From NCBI GenBank assembly GCA_028534125.1, contig CM052816.1, forward strand, positions 48,300,001 through 48,364,000: 64,000 nt of DNA, read 5' to 3'. The translations under genes were made by a program, and so were the position numbers. The notes beneath the pieces were generated by a model that was not told the origin of the DNA, searched no databases, and saw nothing but the letters and a program-made list of their open reading frames with translations. Numbering within the stretch: position 1 is the first letter of the stretch; each line of letters begins with the position of its first letter. This document shows, piece by piece, positions 1 to 12,865 of this stretch. The stretch is from Lama glama. Lineage: Eukaryota.

Positions 1-420
1 CTTTCATCCATGTTCCATTGAGTTCTTTATCTTTGCTCATGGAACTTTGAGAGTTTGGTTTGTTTAATTTTTAATAGTAGTTTAAATAAATTCTACGCTG
101 GAATTAATTGCAAAACATTCTCCCTGATTTATTATTATAAAAAAATTTATTTTAACATTTTGAGATAAATCAACATTTTTTCCCCTTATGTATGCATGTA
201 ATCCTTTGTTAAGAAGTCCTTATATAGGATCAGAAATACATTGTTTTGTTTTTATAGGTTGTTAAAATTTTGCTGTTTATATTTTCATCTTTAATCTATA
301 CAGACATTACCGTTAGAATGATACCGGGAATCTATTTTCTTTTTTCCAGACGGCATCTACTTTTACCAGTACTGTTATTAAAGGGTATATCCTTTCTCTA
401 CTGATTTTTAATAATATTCC
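1..420 (-). mobile_element. Old L1 (L1M-type) ORF2 3'-region fragment
   Basis: T-rich degenerate L1 antisense motifs such as 'gaatctattttcttttttccag...ttttaccagtactgttattaaagggtatatcctttctctactgattt'; boundaries approximate. Confidence 0.5.
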
Positions 421-2229
421 TTTCATTTCACACTAACTACTTACTCCTCAAAAAAGTGGCATATCCTTTTGCTGGCCAGGCTCATTCCAGATCTATTGCA
501 GTATGTGGTCTGCATGGTATTGATATTTTGCTTTCATTGAAATGTGCTTAGTAACCTAGTACAGTTTTTAATACGTTAAAACCACTCATTTTTTGATTGA
601 AGTGACATGTACTCTCTAAATACTGGGTGCATTATTTATGTTCATTAGATCAATCATCCAGGCTGATTTTTATTTAGTTTGCTTCTTCTCTATATTAGAT
701 GAGAATTTAGAAGCACTTTTACACTATTTTTCATGTTTTATTTGCTTTGTCCGTAATTGTTATACTCTAAATAATGTAAAAGTCTATTTTAAGCCACATG
801 TAATAAACCTTATACTAAATCCAATATTCAAAGAATAATAGTTATTTTAAAAATGACGTACCAGTATTAACATCCACCTGATATTTATCTACTTATCAAC
901 ATATATTTAGAATTAAAATATATATTTTAAAAAACTACATCATTCAAAATAATGGAAAACTATAATCCTTCACCCCCAGCAAAGACTATTTTCAGCCATT
1001 GATTGGTTACCAAAACTGTATAGTATTCATCCTCTTATCCCACAGGTAAGCCCTTTTCCTCTAACAGTTCAGCTCTAATTCCTGTCATGCCCTAAAAAGC
1101 AGTGAACATGTGTACTTCAAACTGACACTTGTCAATGGGACACAGAACATTCTGTGTACAGAGGAATACACAAGCATTTGGGCTGGCAGTTGAGGTTATA
1201 TATTAGGAGAAAGTCTGCTGTGTCCTTGTGTGGAAGATCTCCAGCCATATTCTCTTCTCTCTTCTACAGTATTGGAGTCCACTGTCCTTGTGGGAGCCAG
1301 GGAACAGTGACATAAAAAACTACTCAGTTCGTTTTCAGGTGTTCAAAAAATGCCATCAGGAATTTGTCTCCTTTACTCAATTTCTCTGGTAATCTTTTCT
1401 CTATGTTGGCTGTATGCCTATGTGGGTTCTTCCCTTCTTCTGCATGCCAAGGAGAGAGGCAGAGACAGCTGTTTGGGTAGGGTATTTATTCCTTATATTT
1501 CATCTGTTCACATATCTTTTCCAATCACCAAAGGAGTGATATATGGGAGGCATACTACCTTAATATCTCCACATTGTATTAACATTTTCCCCAGGGGATG
1601 AGGTACTGACTTACTCAATGTCCCAGGAAGAAAGAATTTAATATGCCTAACTCAGTAAACTCTTTCATATCTGTCTACCACAGAAAAGGTTCATTCTAGT
1701 TTGTTCTCTTATTTTGTCATTATCTCACAGTGGCAGCCCCACTATTGGAGAACTGCAGACTAGTTGTACATAGGTTCCAATGCCTAGAAAGGTCAATCTG
1801 TCCAACTGTGAGACAGTACTAGCAAACCCATTCGGCTGCAGTGCAAAAGTCACACTGTTCAGACAGGTTTATCAGTAGTAAACTTGGAATACTGATCTTC
1901 ATTTCAATGTGTATAATGTCTTATTTTTCATTTAATTCTGAAACCTAAGGGAAGAAATTATATTTTATTTATTGGACCTTACTATTTTGAGAGTTACACT
2001 TATCCTATCTGGGGATGATCCTAGTGAAAAAGAATTGCCTGTTTTAAATAATTCCAATAAAACATGGAAAAAGGTAGTAAATATATTTACTTTTAATTTC
2101 CCTCCCTAGAATCAAATTATCTGCCCAATTTAATAAAGCATTATAATAGGCTGTGAGTACAATCAGTCAGTAGTAGGTGAGGATCAGTTCCATAGGAAGC
2201 AACCTGAGTGTGCACCTCAAGAGACAGGA

Positions 2230-2460
2230 GTGTTATCAGAAGAAAAGGAGTAAAGACAGAAGGTTTGACACATCTGGAAAGTAATCAGATGACATAGATG
2301 GAAGAGTTTGGTAATTGGACATAGAATGAAAGACAGAATAGAGTTAGGGATGAATGAATTCCAAGACTTTATCTTGGATGACTGAGAAGATTGTGGAGTC
2401 ATCACTAGGTTAATATAGGAAAATGAAAGATTTTGGTGTAAGGGAAGCGTAGATGGGGTG
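2230..2460 (-). mobile_element. LINE2 fragment (left part, interrupted by L1)
   Basis: Purine-rich L2-like text 'gagtttggtaattggac...gaattccaagactttatcttggatgactgagaagattgtggagtcatcact'; resumes near 3085. Confidence 0.55.
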
Positions 2461-2477
2461 CCAATCACTTCACTTTT

Positions 2478-3082
2478 TAAACAAGCTTTATTGAGACAAT
2501 AACATACAATAAAATTTAACTATTTCTAAAAGTTCCCTCATACCATTCTACTGTCATCTTCCTCCATTCTCTAGCAGCAGGTAACCACTGATCTGCATTC
2601 TATCACTATAGGTTAGATTTATATTTTCTAGAATTACTTATAGAGAGAATCACACAGTATATACTATTTGTATCTATCTTTTTCCCCTTGACATAACATC
2701 TCCAATATTCAGTCATATATTTGATTGTATCAATTGTGTGTTCCTTCTTTATGACTCAGCAGTATTCTATCCTGTGGATAAATCACAATTTGCTTATCAG
2801 TTTAATCTATTGATGGATATTTGAGTTCTTTCAGCTTTTAGATTACAAGTAACACTGTTTTGTGTATTCATGCATAAGTCTTCATGTGGGCATTTGCTCT
2901 TGGGTGAATATTTTAGGTAGCAATTGCAAAGTCATTTGATTAATGTATGTTTAAATTTAAAATAAATTGCCAAAAGTTTTCCAAAGTGGTTGTAGCATAG
3001 TAAATTCCCACCAACATGATATCAGAGTTGCAGTTGCTCCTCATCTACCACAATCGGCACTATCAATATTTGTATTTTTAGT
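2478..3082 (-). mobile_element. L1MB/MC-type 3' end
   Basis: 'ctttattgagacaataacatacaataaa...caggtaaccactgatctgc...ttttccaaagtggttgtagc...cccaccaacatgatatcagagttgcagttgctcc' are typical L1M 3' antisense motifs. Confidence 0.75.
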
Positions 3083-3084
3083 CA

Positions 3085-3610
3085 ACAAGTTCAATATTAA
3101 AGCAGATGCTTTTGAAAAATGCATAGGAGAGAATTAAATATTCAATTCTGAAATTCAAAGGAGAAGTGTGATCTGGGAACATAAATTTAGAAATGATAAT
3201 TACATGAAAAATAATTATATTATAGTCATGAGACTAGAAGAAATGATTCATATCATGCTTATAGAATAGAGATTCCTGGAAAACACAAATATTTCATTTC
3301 ACAAATTTAGGAGTCTAACACACAGGTCAAGAATGTATAAAAATGGGAAGGATATCCAAGAATGCATAGAAAAATCAACAACATAGAACATTTAAAAAAG
3401 TGTTACGCGCATCAGGGAGATGCAAGGAAGGACCAAAATTTTCCCCATTTAACTTGATAACTAAGATATTACTGTTACTTCAACAAAAATTGTTTATGTT
3501 TTGTGCTTGGGTTGGCAATCAGAACAAGGGTGTTAGGTGTAGGGCAGAGATAAAGAGGTTGCAAGTAAAGGTGATTGATCCTTTTCAGAATTTGGCTGAA
3601 AAGGGTGAGA
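3085..3610 (-). mobile_element. LINE2 fragment (right part)
   Basis: 'aattcaaaggagaagtgtgatctgggaacataaatttaga...ccttttcagaatttggctgaaaagggtgag' L2-like. Confidence 0.5.
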
Positions 3611-5389
3611 AAGAGACTGAATGAGTCATAGACATCGAATCAAAACTTAGTCTGTATAACCCTTGGTGCAGTGTCTGCTGTACAGAGTGATTATCAACAA
3701 CTATAACATATTTGGTTTAATGAAGGGAGTAGGAGAAGGGTTCAATATCTGTCTTTCAAGATCGCTCCAAATGTCAAAAACCACGCTGCCTCTAGGCACT
3801 GCAGAGTCTGTGACACTCAAAACAGGTCCTCCTAACATGTTTCACAAACCACAAATTTTATGAAGATAAATTTAGTTTAATATTTACATTAAGAACAACC
3901 ATAAAAGATAAAATGAGGGTGGCAGCACATAAAATTTTATATATGTGTGTAACAATCTGGAAACATCTATCTAGTGACTATACAGATGGCTTGTGAATTA
4001 CCAGTAGGTCACAAGGATTTTTTTTTTTCTGGCTTATAAACTTTTGTTTTTAGAAACTGCTTGCAGAATCCTCTCCTCACATAAATTTTGACTCTTTGAA
4101 TTTATTTTTTCCAGTTTAGATTCAAAGGGCCAGTTTCCAGATGTGAAACTACGCATCACATCTTGCAAATGATTATGAACACAAATGTTATTAGCCTGCT
4201 TAAAAAAACTGCCTTATGTTGAAAAAAATTAACTCAAGGCTTTTGCAAACCCTTTTGGTTATTTTACAAACATTACTATTTTTAACAGGATAGAAAACTA
4301 GAGGGAGTAACAAACAAGAAGTTCACAGGCCCCAAAATAATAGAATTCAAAGACGTTTTCAAAAGTATTTTTCTAACATCATGTTATTTGAATGTTAATC
4401 TTAGACATTTAAAATATACCTATATTTTTTAAAAATGTAGAGCTTGCAAGGGTCCAATCTGCTAATGTTGGTTGTCTAGACTTAAAACTTAAGATATGTG
4501 GGTAATTACTATCATTATAAATTAAATGACTCTTCAGATTTGAAGAATAAGACAGTTATTTGTGAAACCAGATCAAAAACTTCAGAAAATATTTTACAGA
4601 TTTAAACAAAGAGTTATGACAACAGCATAGATATTATAAAAATGAAAAATTATGGATTGATAAAATTTAATCTACTCTATACAGTAATAGAAATATTTAT
4701 ATAGCAACAAATTTAACCATAATATTAATATGCAATGTTTATAAAATTATCTTAGTTTAACTGGGATTATGAATATTTTATAGGAAGAAAGGAGAGCTGG
4801 CAGTATATTTTAACATCTTGCCTAATATTTTAAAAAGAAATAAAACAAATATATATACATACATTAACATCTACACAAATATATCAGTAATCAAAGAAAA
4901 ATAAAGTGAATTTGAATGCATGAACTATTTAAGAAAGACACTTCTTTTTTGTAGCTTTCTTTGATAGCAATATATTACAGGCAATAAGTCTCACATTAAT
5001 CTGATTATCCCATTCCAGATATAATTCAGTCCACTATCTCCAACATTTACATAAAAACCAGTACTACACACTTTCCAGAATGGGAGATAGATTGGAAAGA
5101 ATCTTGAGGGAGGATCAGAACAGAAGAAAATAGATATATTGATAATTCTGATGGCTTATTTAGAATTGCACAAACAAAAACCTTTTAATAATTAACAATG
5201 ATGAAGATGAAGATAATGATGACTTTTAAAAATAAGGTACATTGAAATGCTTACTTGTGACAGGCCCTTTGTTAAGGTGTTCATAAGCTTTTTCCCCATT
5301 TGCTCCTGGCATCAATACTATCCAGTTCATTGTGGCAATCCTATACCTAGTCCTTCTTTTCTCCACTTTAATGGAACTCTTTGAATGTT

Positions 5390-5790
5390 CACTGGAAACA
5401 TTGTTCCCTAGAGTAAGAACTGCATCTCCCAGCCTCATTTACAGCTAAGGTATGACCAAGTGACAACATTTTGAATAATGTGATGAAAACAGTATTATGT
5501 GAATCTTTCTTATAGAATAGCCAGTCTGAGCCTACTTCTTTGTTTCTTCCCCTCTCTGTTGCAGAGTATATTTATGATAGCTTAATTTGGAGGACTCATC
5601 TTAGCGAATAAAGTGATCTTGTGAATTGAAGCCCAGCATAATGTAAGAACAAGAGAAAGAAACACCACAGTACTTTATGGATCACAATTGCCATAGTTGC
5701 CCTGAACTGACATTTACATTAAAGGGAAATAACATTCTATCTTTTTTAAGCTACTGTTTTCTGGATTTTTACCAGAAAACTGATTAATAT
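5390..5790 (+). mobile_element. MaLR LTR (old MLT1-type)
   Basis: 'tgcatctcccagcctcatttacagctaaggtatgaccaagtgac...gggaaataacattctatcttttttaagctactgttttctggattttt'. Confidence 0.65.
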
Positions 5791-6389
5791 ATATATACAC
5801 AAATTATTCTATATCTCATATTAGCATTATAATAGTTTAGAATATATGTAATACAATATATAAGTATGTATATTAATTATGTACATTTTATTAATGAGGG
5901 AAAAAAGTTCAAAATAGGTAACTCTTCAAGATTACAAAATTACTAAATGATAGAGTTTATCAGATGCAGAAGACTGAAATTTACTGCTTTGCAGACAAAG
6001 TATCATTATCTTGGAAGTTTTAGAAGTTGAGTCTTAACTACTTCACACCTTTGGGTTTACGACCTATACAGGAAACACAAAGATCAGTGAGTGAATGAGA
6101 TCCAAAGTGCCATCTTTGTTAATGACTAGTCAATTTCCTTGTAACTTCCCAAACTTAGGCACCTTGTAAAAGTGTGTTAAGAGAGCCTGGCTTAGACATA
6201 GGCTTTCTTTTTACCCCTACTACCCACTCTGAATTAGAGATCAACTGGAACACAGCAAGAAAAAAAAAAATGAAATAGAGAGAGGAAGGACAATTGGTTC
6301 TGTTTTTCAATAAAGTGGTTACTCAGATCCCTTGTTAAAATGATGCCCTGCAAAAACTAACAATGCACTGGGACATTCTCTTGGCCTGA

Positions 6390-6780
6390 CTTCAGTGCAG
6401 ATATGGTTGATAGCTCCATGCTCATTGCCAGCATCCAACATCAAAGGGTTTCTGCTTTGCTGCCTCAGGACTACATGAAGGCCACTATAGAATTTTGGGG
6501 AGTAACCCTTTGGGAGCAAGCCCTAGCGGATAAGCATCACCCATTCAGTCCTCTTGTAAGACAATTTAATGAGGTATATTATGTAAGATTCTTCAGAGAC
6601 TCCCCGCCTCAGTCCCCCATAGCTGCCACCAGCTCATTAATATAAACTTTATCAACTTTTATTCTCCCAGTGTTACTTTCCCTATTACCTAACTTCTGTG
6701 TCCTAGGGTCACCACACAAGTAAACTTGCACACACAACTCCTTGCCAGGCTTTGTCTGAGGGAAGGACTAAATCAAAACA
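6390..6780 (+). mobile_element. ERVL LTR (LTR16-like)
   Basis: 3' end 'agtaaacttgcacacacaactccttgccaggctttgtctgagggaaggactaaatcaaaaca' resembles the LTR16 terminus. Confidence 0.6.
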
Positions 6781-7019
6781 GGTCAACAGTTTTTACCTTT
6801 TAGATGAGCAACATTCCCATTCTCTCTTATACAAGAATAAATAAGAAAAGGAGAAAGGGGCAAGTTTTTTTTTTTTTTCTTGCCCTTCTTCCTAAGTGAA
6901 CCTAACTACATATCCTGAGTAGATGGAGAGTACAGCAGCTTTCTTAACTTCAGTAATGTAAGCTGGAGTGGATAAAAGATATTTCCCAAAATAAAGTCAG
7001 CCATTATGTCTATTTCAAC

Positions 7020-7375
7020 TGTAATGAAACTTTTAAGATCTAATCTCACAGCAACTTTCAAATACACAGTTCAGTATTGGTAACTATAATCATAATGACA
7101 GACATTGCTTCCCAGAACTTGTTTATTTGATAACTGGGAGTTTGTATCTTTTGACCACTTTCATCCAATCCCCACCCCAGCTCCATCTCCACATCTGATA
7201 ACCAACAATCTGCTCTTAATTTCTAGGTTTTTTTGGATTCCACATATAACTGAGATCATAATATTTGTCTTTCTGTCTGACTTACTTCACTTAGCATAAT
7301 GACCTGAAGATCTACCTATGTTTTCACAAATGGCACAATTTCCTCTTTTAAAAAATGGCTGAATAGAATCTCATG
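7020..7375 (-). mobile_element. L1MA-type 3' end fragment
   Basis: 'ttaagatctaatctcacagcaactttcaaatacac...gattccacatataactgagatcata...ctgacttacttcacttagcataatg'. Confidence 0.8.
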
Positions 7376-7664
7376 TTTTCAATGATTATAATGATTATAG
7401 AGTAAACAGATATAGTCATTTTAGTTTTCTTATGGGAAAAGTATATACCGATGAGAATATTACCAGAGTATTCTCTCAAGTGTATCTTCACCTATAATTT
7501 CTTTGAATTGCAAACACTTCTCTCAGTTATTCTTCCTTCCCAGTCTATTATCAAATTCAGTATAATTATTTCAATGCAATACAGGCAGATTGGATGTTGA
7601 ATAACAATAACAAAAAAATAAACAAGCAAGAAACCAATGCATTATTATTGTATGTGAGCATATA

Positions 7665-7795
7665 TAACTTCATTTTATTAATTATCCTATACAATATGTG
7701 TTGTAATTGCTAGAGAATGCTTTGTTATGTCTGATTCATAGATGAACAGCTAACATAATGAAGTTATATTTGGCAAAGCCACAAACCTAGTTATA
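7665..7795 (-). mobile_element. MIR fragment
   Basis: 'atagatgaacagctaac...tttggcaaagccacaaacctag' degenerate MIR core. Confidence 0.4.
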
Positions 7796-9383
7796 GAATT
7801 GATGTGTAAATACATATTTTGACAACTTACCTAGTTTTCTTTCATTTAGACAGAATGGCTAAGAACCTTACTGTTAGATGAACCTCCTTTCCCCCAATCA
7901 CATGTTCCTATAAGAGAAGGTCCAGAGTAATAACCCCTTCCACTGCTCATTTACTCCTCCTCTACGGTGAATTTGGAATAAGGAACTGATGCTGTTTGGC
8001 TCAGCTCCTTCAGCACTTCTAATTTTCAGGTCTCTTGGCCCACAAAAAGAACACAGCCTGGTCAGCTCTTCACTATAAGAGGAATAGGGCTGATTTTCTG
8101 CCACTGGGAAAATCCTGCAGTTGTTCAACTGTTCTGAAGCAACTTTGTATAGTTAAAAGCCTCATTGGCCACGCATTTAAACCTATAATCTCTAATAAAC
8201 CCTATCCTTAAATCTAAGATTTCAATCTTCATCTATTCATTATCTCAATTCTTATTTGTTATTGAACTGCACAGAGGAAGAAAAAGTTTTATTGCTTGAC
8301 TCCCCCGTGAAAACACAATAATTACTTAAAACTTAAAAGTCGTCTCAAAAACTTTCATTTTTAATGTGTGTAACAGTTAGTTAGAAATAAGTAAATTGAA
8401 ATGTGCTATTTATTTCTAAAAGATTTTACTTACTCCAGAAAAAATAATTGGGGTAAAGAGAAAGTCACATCAAATGAATAATCAAATGAATGAAAGGTAA
8501 ACTATGTTTTGGGATATAGTAACATGATTAACATGCATTAAATAATGAACAGGATCTTAAAACATTGAGTTAGTATAGCACAAGGTAGTAGACTATATAA
8601 ACCTATACAAAATTATTAGTTTATTTTGTGTAAAAAAAGTACTAAATTTAGGAACAGTATTCTTTTATCTTCCTACTAAGATCTCTATTTTACTTCCAAA
8701 AATGATAGCCATCACATATGTATTTCATTACCATTGAAAAACTTTTAATTCCAACTGTGAAACTGGTCCTTAGTAATGTGACTATGCTGAAGTGTCTTAC
8801 ATGCCACTTATATTTGAATTCACAGCATAAGGCCTTCCCTTTTGAGTATAGAAAACAGAAATATAGTATGCTAATTTATTTTATAAAGATACTATTCTTT
8901 AAATTATATGGGGAATCCTGGGACTTAAGAAATGTTTGACTTTGGAAAAGAATATAGCATTACTCTCCTCTTAATTCCCACCTCCAGAACAAACAGAAGG
9001 ATTAGAAACTCTAATTCTTGCTTTACCTTATCTACTTATACTTTGAATGATATAAAGCGAAGTTAAACTCGTGAAAATGTATCGTTTTATTTCATTTGTT
9101 TAGACAGTTTAACAAATAGTTTCTTTAGAACATAATTTTCTTTCAATAAATATATGCAGGGAAACAATAAAAGGGAAAAAAGTAACTTTGGTGATTAATT
9201 TAGAAGCAGTAAATATTCACTGCACATCATGAAGTCAGCAACCAGATAAAACATGCCCCTAACGAGGGGTGGGGCCACACAGTATCAAGCAGACCCCAAA
9301 CATGAAAAGATCACTTTTGTATGTGTATGTTCTTACCTCATGTTTTTGTTTTATTTTATATTTCCATGTTTTCATCTCCTATA

Positions 9384-9823
9384 TGTTAGAGGACAATTCC
9401 CCATGGGTTTCTTGTGTTTCTGTGTGTTTTGAAACCAGAGGCACTGAGTGTCTTTGTTCCAGACTGTTTCTCCAACATGGCAAGCAAATAAATTTGGAAG
9501 ATAGAATCAGTACTTCTCTCCAGAGCAAAGGGTAGAGGCATTTATAGTCCATTGTAAAAAGATGTGGGTTCCTTGCCTGCAATGCAACCTACTATACATG
9601 CAGGCATCCTCCTTGGTGTATGTACCTCATCCCAATGGGATATGGGGGTGAGATGAACAGAATCAAATATGCTGAAGTTCAGTGTCCTGGCTGTACTGTG
9701 AATAATACAATCCTTTGTCTCTGAACTTGGCATTTCCTGTCTTCTGGTGGCATCTATGAAACTGACAGGTTAGTGTGCTGGCTTGAAAGGATAAAAATCT
9801 CAGAAACTTCTCAATTCTTGACA
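9384..9823 (+). mobile_element. ERVL 5' LTR (LTR47/LTR53-like)
   Basis: TG...CA termini ('tgttagaggacaattccccatggg' to 'aattcttgaca'); followed by PBS-like 'ttggtgataagaatggga'. Confidence 0.75.
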
Positions 9824-10535
9824 GCTTTGGTGATAAGAATGGGAAAGTTGCAGAGACATGGCTTTCAAGAAGTATAATGATCTCATGGGATGATTAATGT
9901 GATTTGAAGTCAGTCCATGGCAATTAGTAGAGGATATTTTTACTAAATTTTATGGTCAACTGGGCAATAAAAATCTTCCATTTTATTATATGATAATAAG
10001 GGAAAAAATAAGGAGAAGGTTGCAGGCTAAGTACCCAGAAGTAGGCTGAAAGACAGCTGCCTAAATGGTATTCTAATAGTTGCTATCTCTCTTCTGGATG
10101 GGAAAACTTCCTTGCCAGCTTGGGCTGGCAGAAGTTTCTGTCATCTTTCAAACAACAGTCAAAGAGCTGTGAACTTGCACTGAGCATGAAAGGAAGGGAA
10201 AACTGATAGAGCCAATAACAAGATGAATCATTCGAACTTCGACAGCTTTTCTTGGATGGTAAGAAGGTGGAGCATATATTGCTTGTTAAAAAGAACAGCA
10301 ACATCTGGGCCATCTTACAACCCAACTCTTTTCATTGCTTATTATGTTAACCTCAGATTATGAGCTTTTCGCCCTGGGTCCTGGCTGGTATGAGGGTAGC
10401 CTTAGGTCTCTTAAAGACATTTTCCTAGGCAGACAAACCTCCCACGGCAAATCACGGTGATGAGACACTGACTAATTTTCAAGTTACTACTGTCTAGGTT
10501 AGGTTTGCAATGCTAGTGAAGGTGACCCACTAGAA

Positions 10536-10734
10536 CAGGGGTCAGCAAATGCTTTCTGAAAGGGCCTTATAGCAATTATTTTAGGCTTTTAGGCCATATA
10601 GTTTCTGTTAAACAACTACTCAACTCTGCCTTCATAGCGCAGACAGTACATGAACAAATGAAATGGCTATTTCAAAACAACTTTATTTACAAAATCAGCC
10701 AGCCAGCTTGTAGGCCATAATTTGCTGACTTTTT
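10536..10734. mobile_element. hAT-Charlie MITE (MER58A-like)
   Basis: TIRs 'caggggtcagcaaa' / 'tttgctgacttttt'; 8-bp TSD-like cactagaa (10528-10535) / tactagag (10735-10742). Confidence 0.85.
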
Positions 10735-11209
10735 TACTAGAGAATGAGAAGGATATAGAACATCAGATAAATTCTTGTGGTGATCCCTATTGCCTCAGAA
10801 AACTGCTAGCTCCTACAGTAAAACTTGGTGAATACTTAAGAGATGTTATAATCACACTGTGGCAAAAATTACCTTGGATTAAAATGAAATTCTTGAAAAA
10901 ACTGCTACTCTATTAGTCAGACCAAAATCAATCAGACTTTGCGTCACCAAATATCCCCACATCACCAGCCAGAAAGCAATACTGCTCTGGCTACTGAGTT
11001 AAGAGACCCTCAGGTATGCAGAAGATCTTCTTACCACCCAATATAAAGAATTAGGAAGACCCAAAACACTGGAATTTGTTTGGCTGAGCCACAAGCCACT
11101 GTGAATACTGGGGTAGAGTCACACATTCCTTCCCCATCCCTTATCTCTCCCTCACCCCCATGCCACATAATCTTCAAGATATGCCTGTTGTAAATTAGAC
11201 CATGCAGAA

Positions 11210-11410
11210 TACCAGTGAACTTGAAACCACAGCAACAAAGTACAAAAATGAAACAGAAAATATTTTTTAAAAAAATTTAGATAACAGCAGTGACTTGTAA
11301 AATAACTTAAAATGCGCTAATATATGTGTGAATGGAGTTTCCCAACAAGGAGGAGGATTGCAGAAAAACTTTTTTAAAGAAACAACCCAAGAGACTGAAG
11401 AAGCTCAAAG
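11210..11410 (+). mobile_element. Old L1 ORF1 fragment
   Basis: 'cagtgaacttgaaac...ctaatatatgtgtgaatggagtttccc...gaagaagctcaaag' L1M ORF1-like. Confidence 0.6.
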
Positions 11411-11839
11411 TTGGGGGAGCCTATGAATGAGGCATACTGTCCCTCCCTGTTCTTCTCTGCAGGAGAATAGACCATATTCAATGTGTCTTTCCAAGGATAA
11501 AGGAGTTTTAGCAAAATGGCAGGGTACACTGATACAGGGTACCACACATCAGTGTGTCAAAAAAGAATGTGTCTAAGAATACTGCCTGAATCTCCCCTGG
11601 GAGTGGTTAAGATGGGTAATTTGTTCTGTATTTTCCTTTCATGAGCTCAGAGGAAGCCTGAGAAGCTTCTTTTGTCCCTCCAGAACATGGATATCCTATT
11701 GGCATGTGGAATATTGGAATACATGTGATTTCGTGGTTTTTCCCATAATTTGGGTTCCCAGCTGGGAGTGGGGAGTCAGAGTGGAACTACATCTCTACTC
11801 AGATCCAACCAATGATGTGCTGAAACTGGTCCACACAGC

Positions 11840-12325
11840 TTGGGGAGCTGGTGGCTTCCAATGATCCCCACCTCCTGGTAGTCACACTCTTATGTAATCT
11901 CTCTTCATAGAGTGGATTGAACTTAGTGATTTGTTTCTTATTAGTAGAATCAGGCAGAAATGGTGGTGTGTGTGATTTAATAATTAAGTCATAATAAGAA
12001 GTGTGGCACTGCTTTTGCACGCATGCTATCTCTCAAAATATTTACTCTGGGAAGAGGCCTACGTAGGTGGAAACTAAAATCTCTTGCCAACAGACAGGTG
12101 ACTGAGATCAGAAGCTGACTCTTCTAGCATGTCAAGCTTTCAGGCAACTAAAATCTTAGCTGTTGTCTTGACCACAACCTTATGAGAGACTCTGGGCCAG
12201 AACCACTGAACTAAAATGCTCCTTGATTCCCAACATTCAGACCTGATAGAGATAATAAGTGTTTGTTGTACTAAGTTGCTACATTTTGAAGCATTTTCAT
12301 ATGCAATGATTGAAAAGCCAAACAG
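11840..12325 (+). mobile_element. MaLR LTR (MLT1F-like)
   Basis: 'tggcttccaatgatccccacctcctggta...ccttatgagagactctgggccagaaccac...gagataataagtgtttgttgtactaagttgctacattttg'. Confidence 0.8.
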
Positions 12326-12695
12326 GGCCCTTGTCCACGATGGACAGCAGCATTTCATCATCACTGCATCGGTGTTAAAGGATCTCTTTGCACTCAGCCT
12401 ACTAGGCCAGAACAGGGATTGTCAGAGGCACTACATGATGCTCACCAGCCATCCAGACTAAAACTCATGTTCAAAGCAGCTTTGCACAACTGATCTCCAA
12501 AAAGCTTCAGACATGGCTACTTGTGGTCAAGGCCAAATACCTCGGGGCTTCAAGTAACTCAGGCACCATCCAACTCAAGGGTTGATATTATGTAATTTGG
12601 GAAGCAATGACCAAGGATAAAGTATATATCAAAGAATATAACTCTGAGTATTCAAATTCTGAAATGTGTTATAGAACAACCAGATTTTCCCTAAG

Positions 12696-12865
12696 GCAGT
12701 GGTCCCTCACTTTACAAATTTAAAACCATCTTGAAGAATCTAATGAAATTTTAGGAAAATTCACATATGGACACAGATTAAAAAAACACTGTATTATTGG
12801 AGGTGATTTGAATAACTACTAGAGTCCACCCACAGATTCTATACAGCTTAAAACTATAGACCCTA
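12696..12865. mobile_element. Old hAT-Charlie-type MITE remnant
   Basis: Starts 'cagtggtccctca'; internal 'gaagaatctaatgaaa' and 'agagtccacccacagattc' resemble ancient Charlie MITEs. Confidence 0.4.

Larger units (their letters stand above)
9824..12620 (+). mobile_element. Degraded ERVL internal region with nested insertions
   Basis: Leu-tRNA-like PBS after the LTR; RT-like remnant 'gatggacagcagcatttc' (DGQQHF, cf. ERVL GQQYTF) near 12340; right boundary approximate. Confidence 0.5.

Noticed and set aside
1020..1900. Higher-GC stretch resembling LTR-element internal sequence
   Set aside because: No family motif or terminus I can support.
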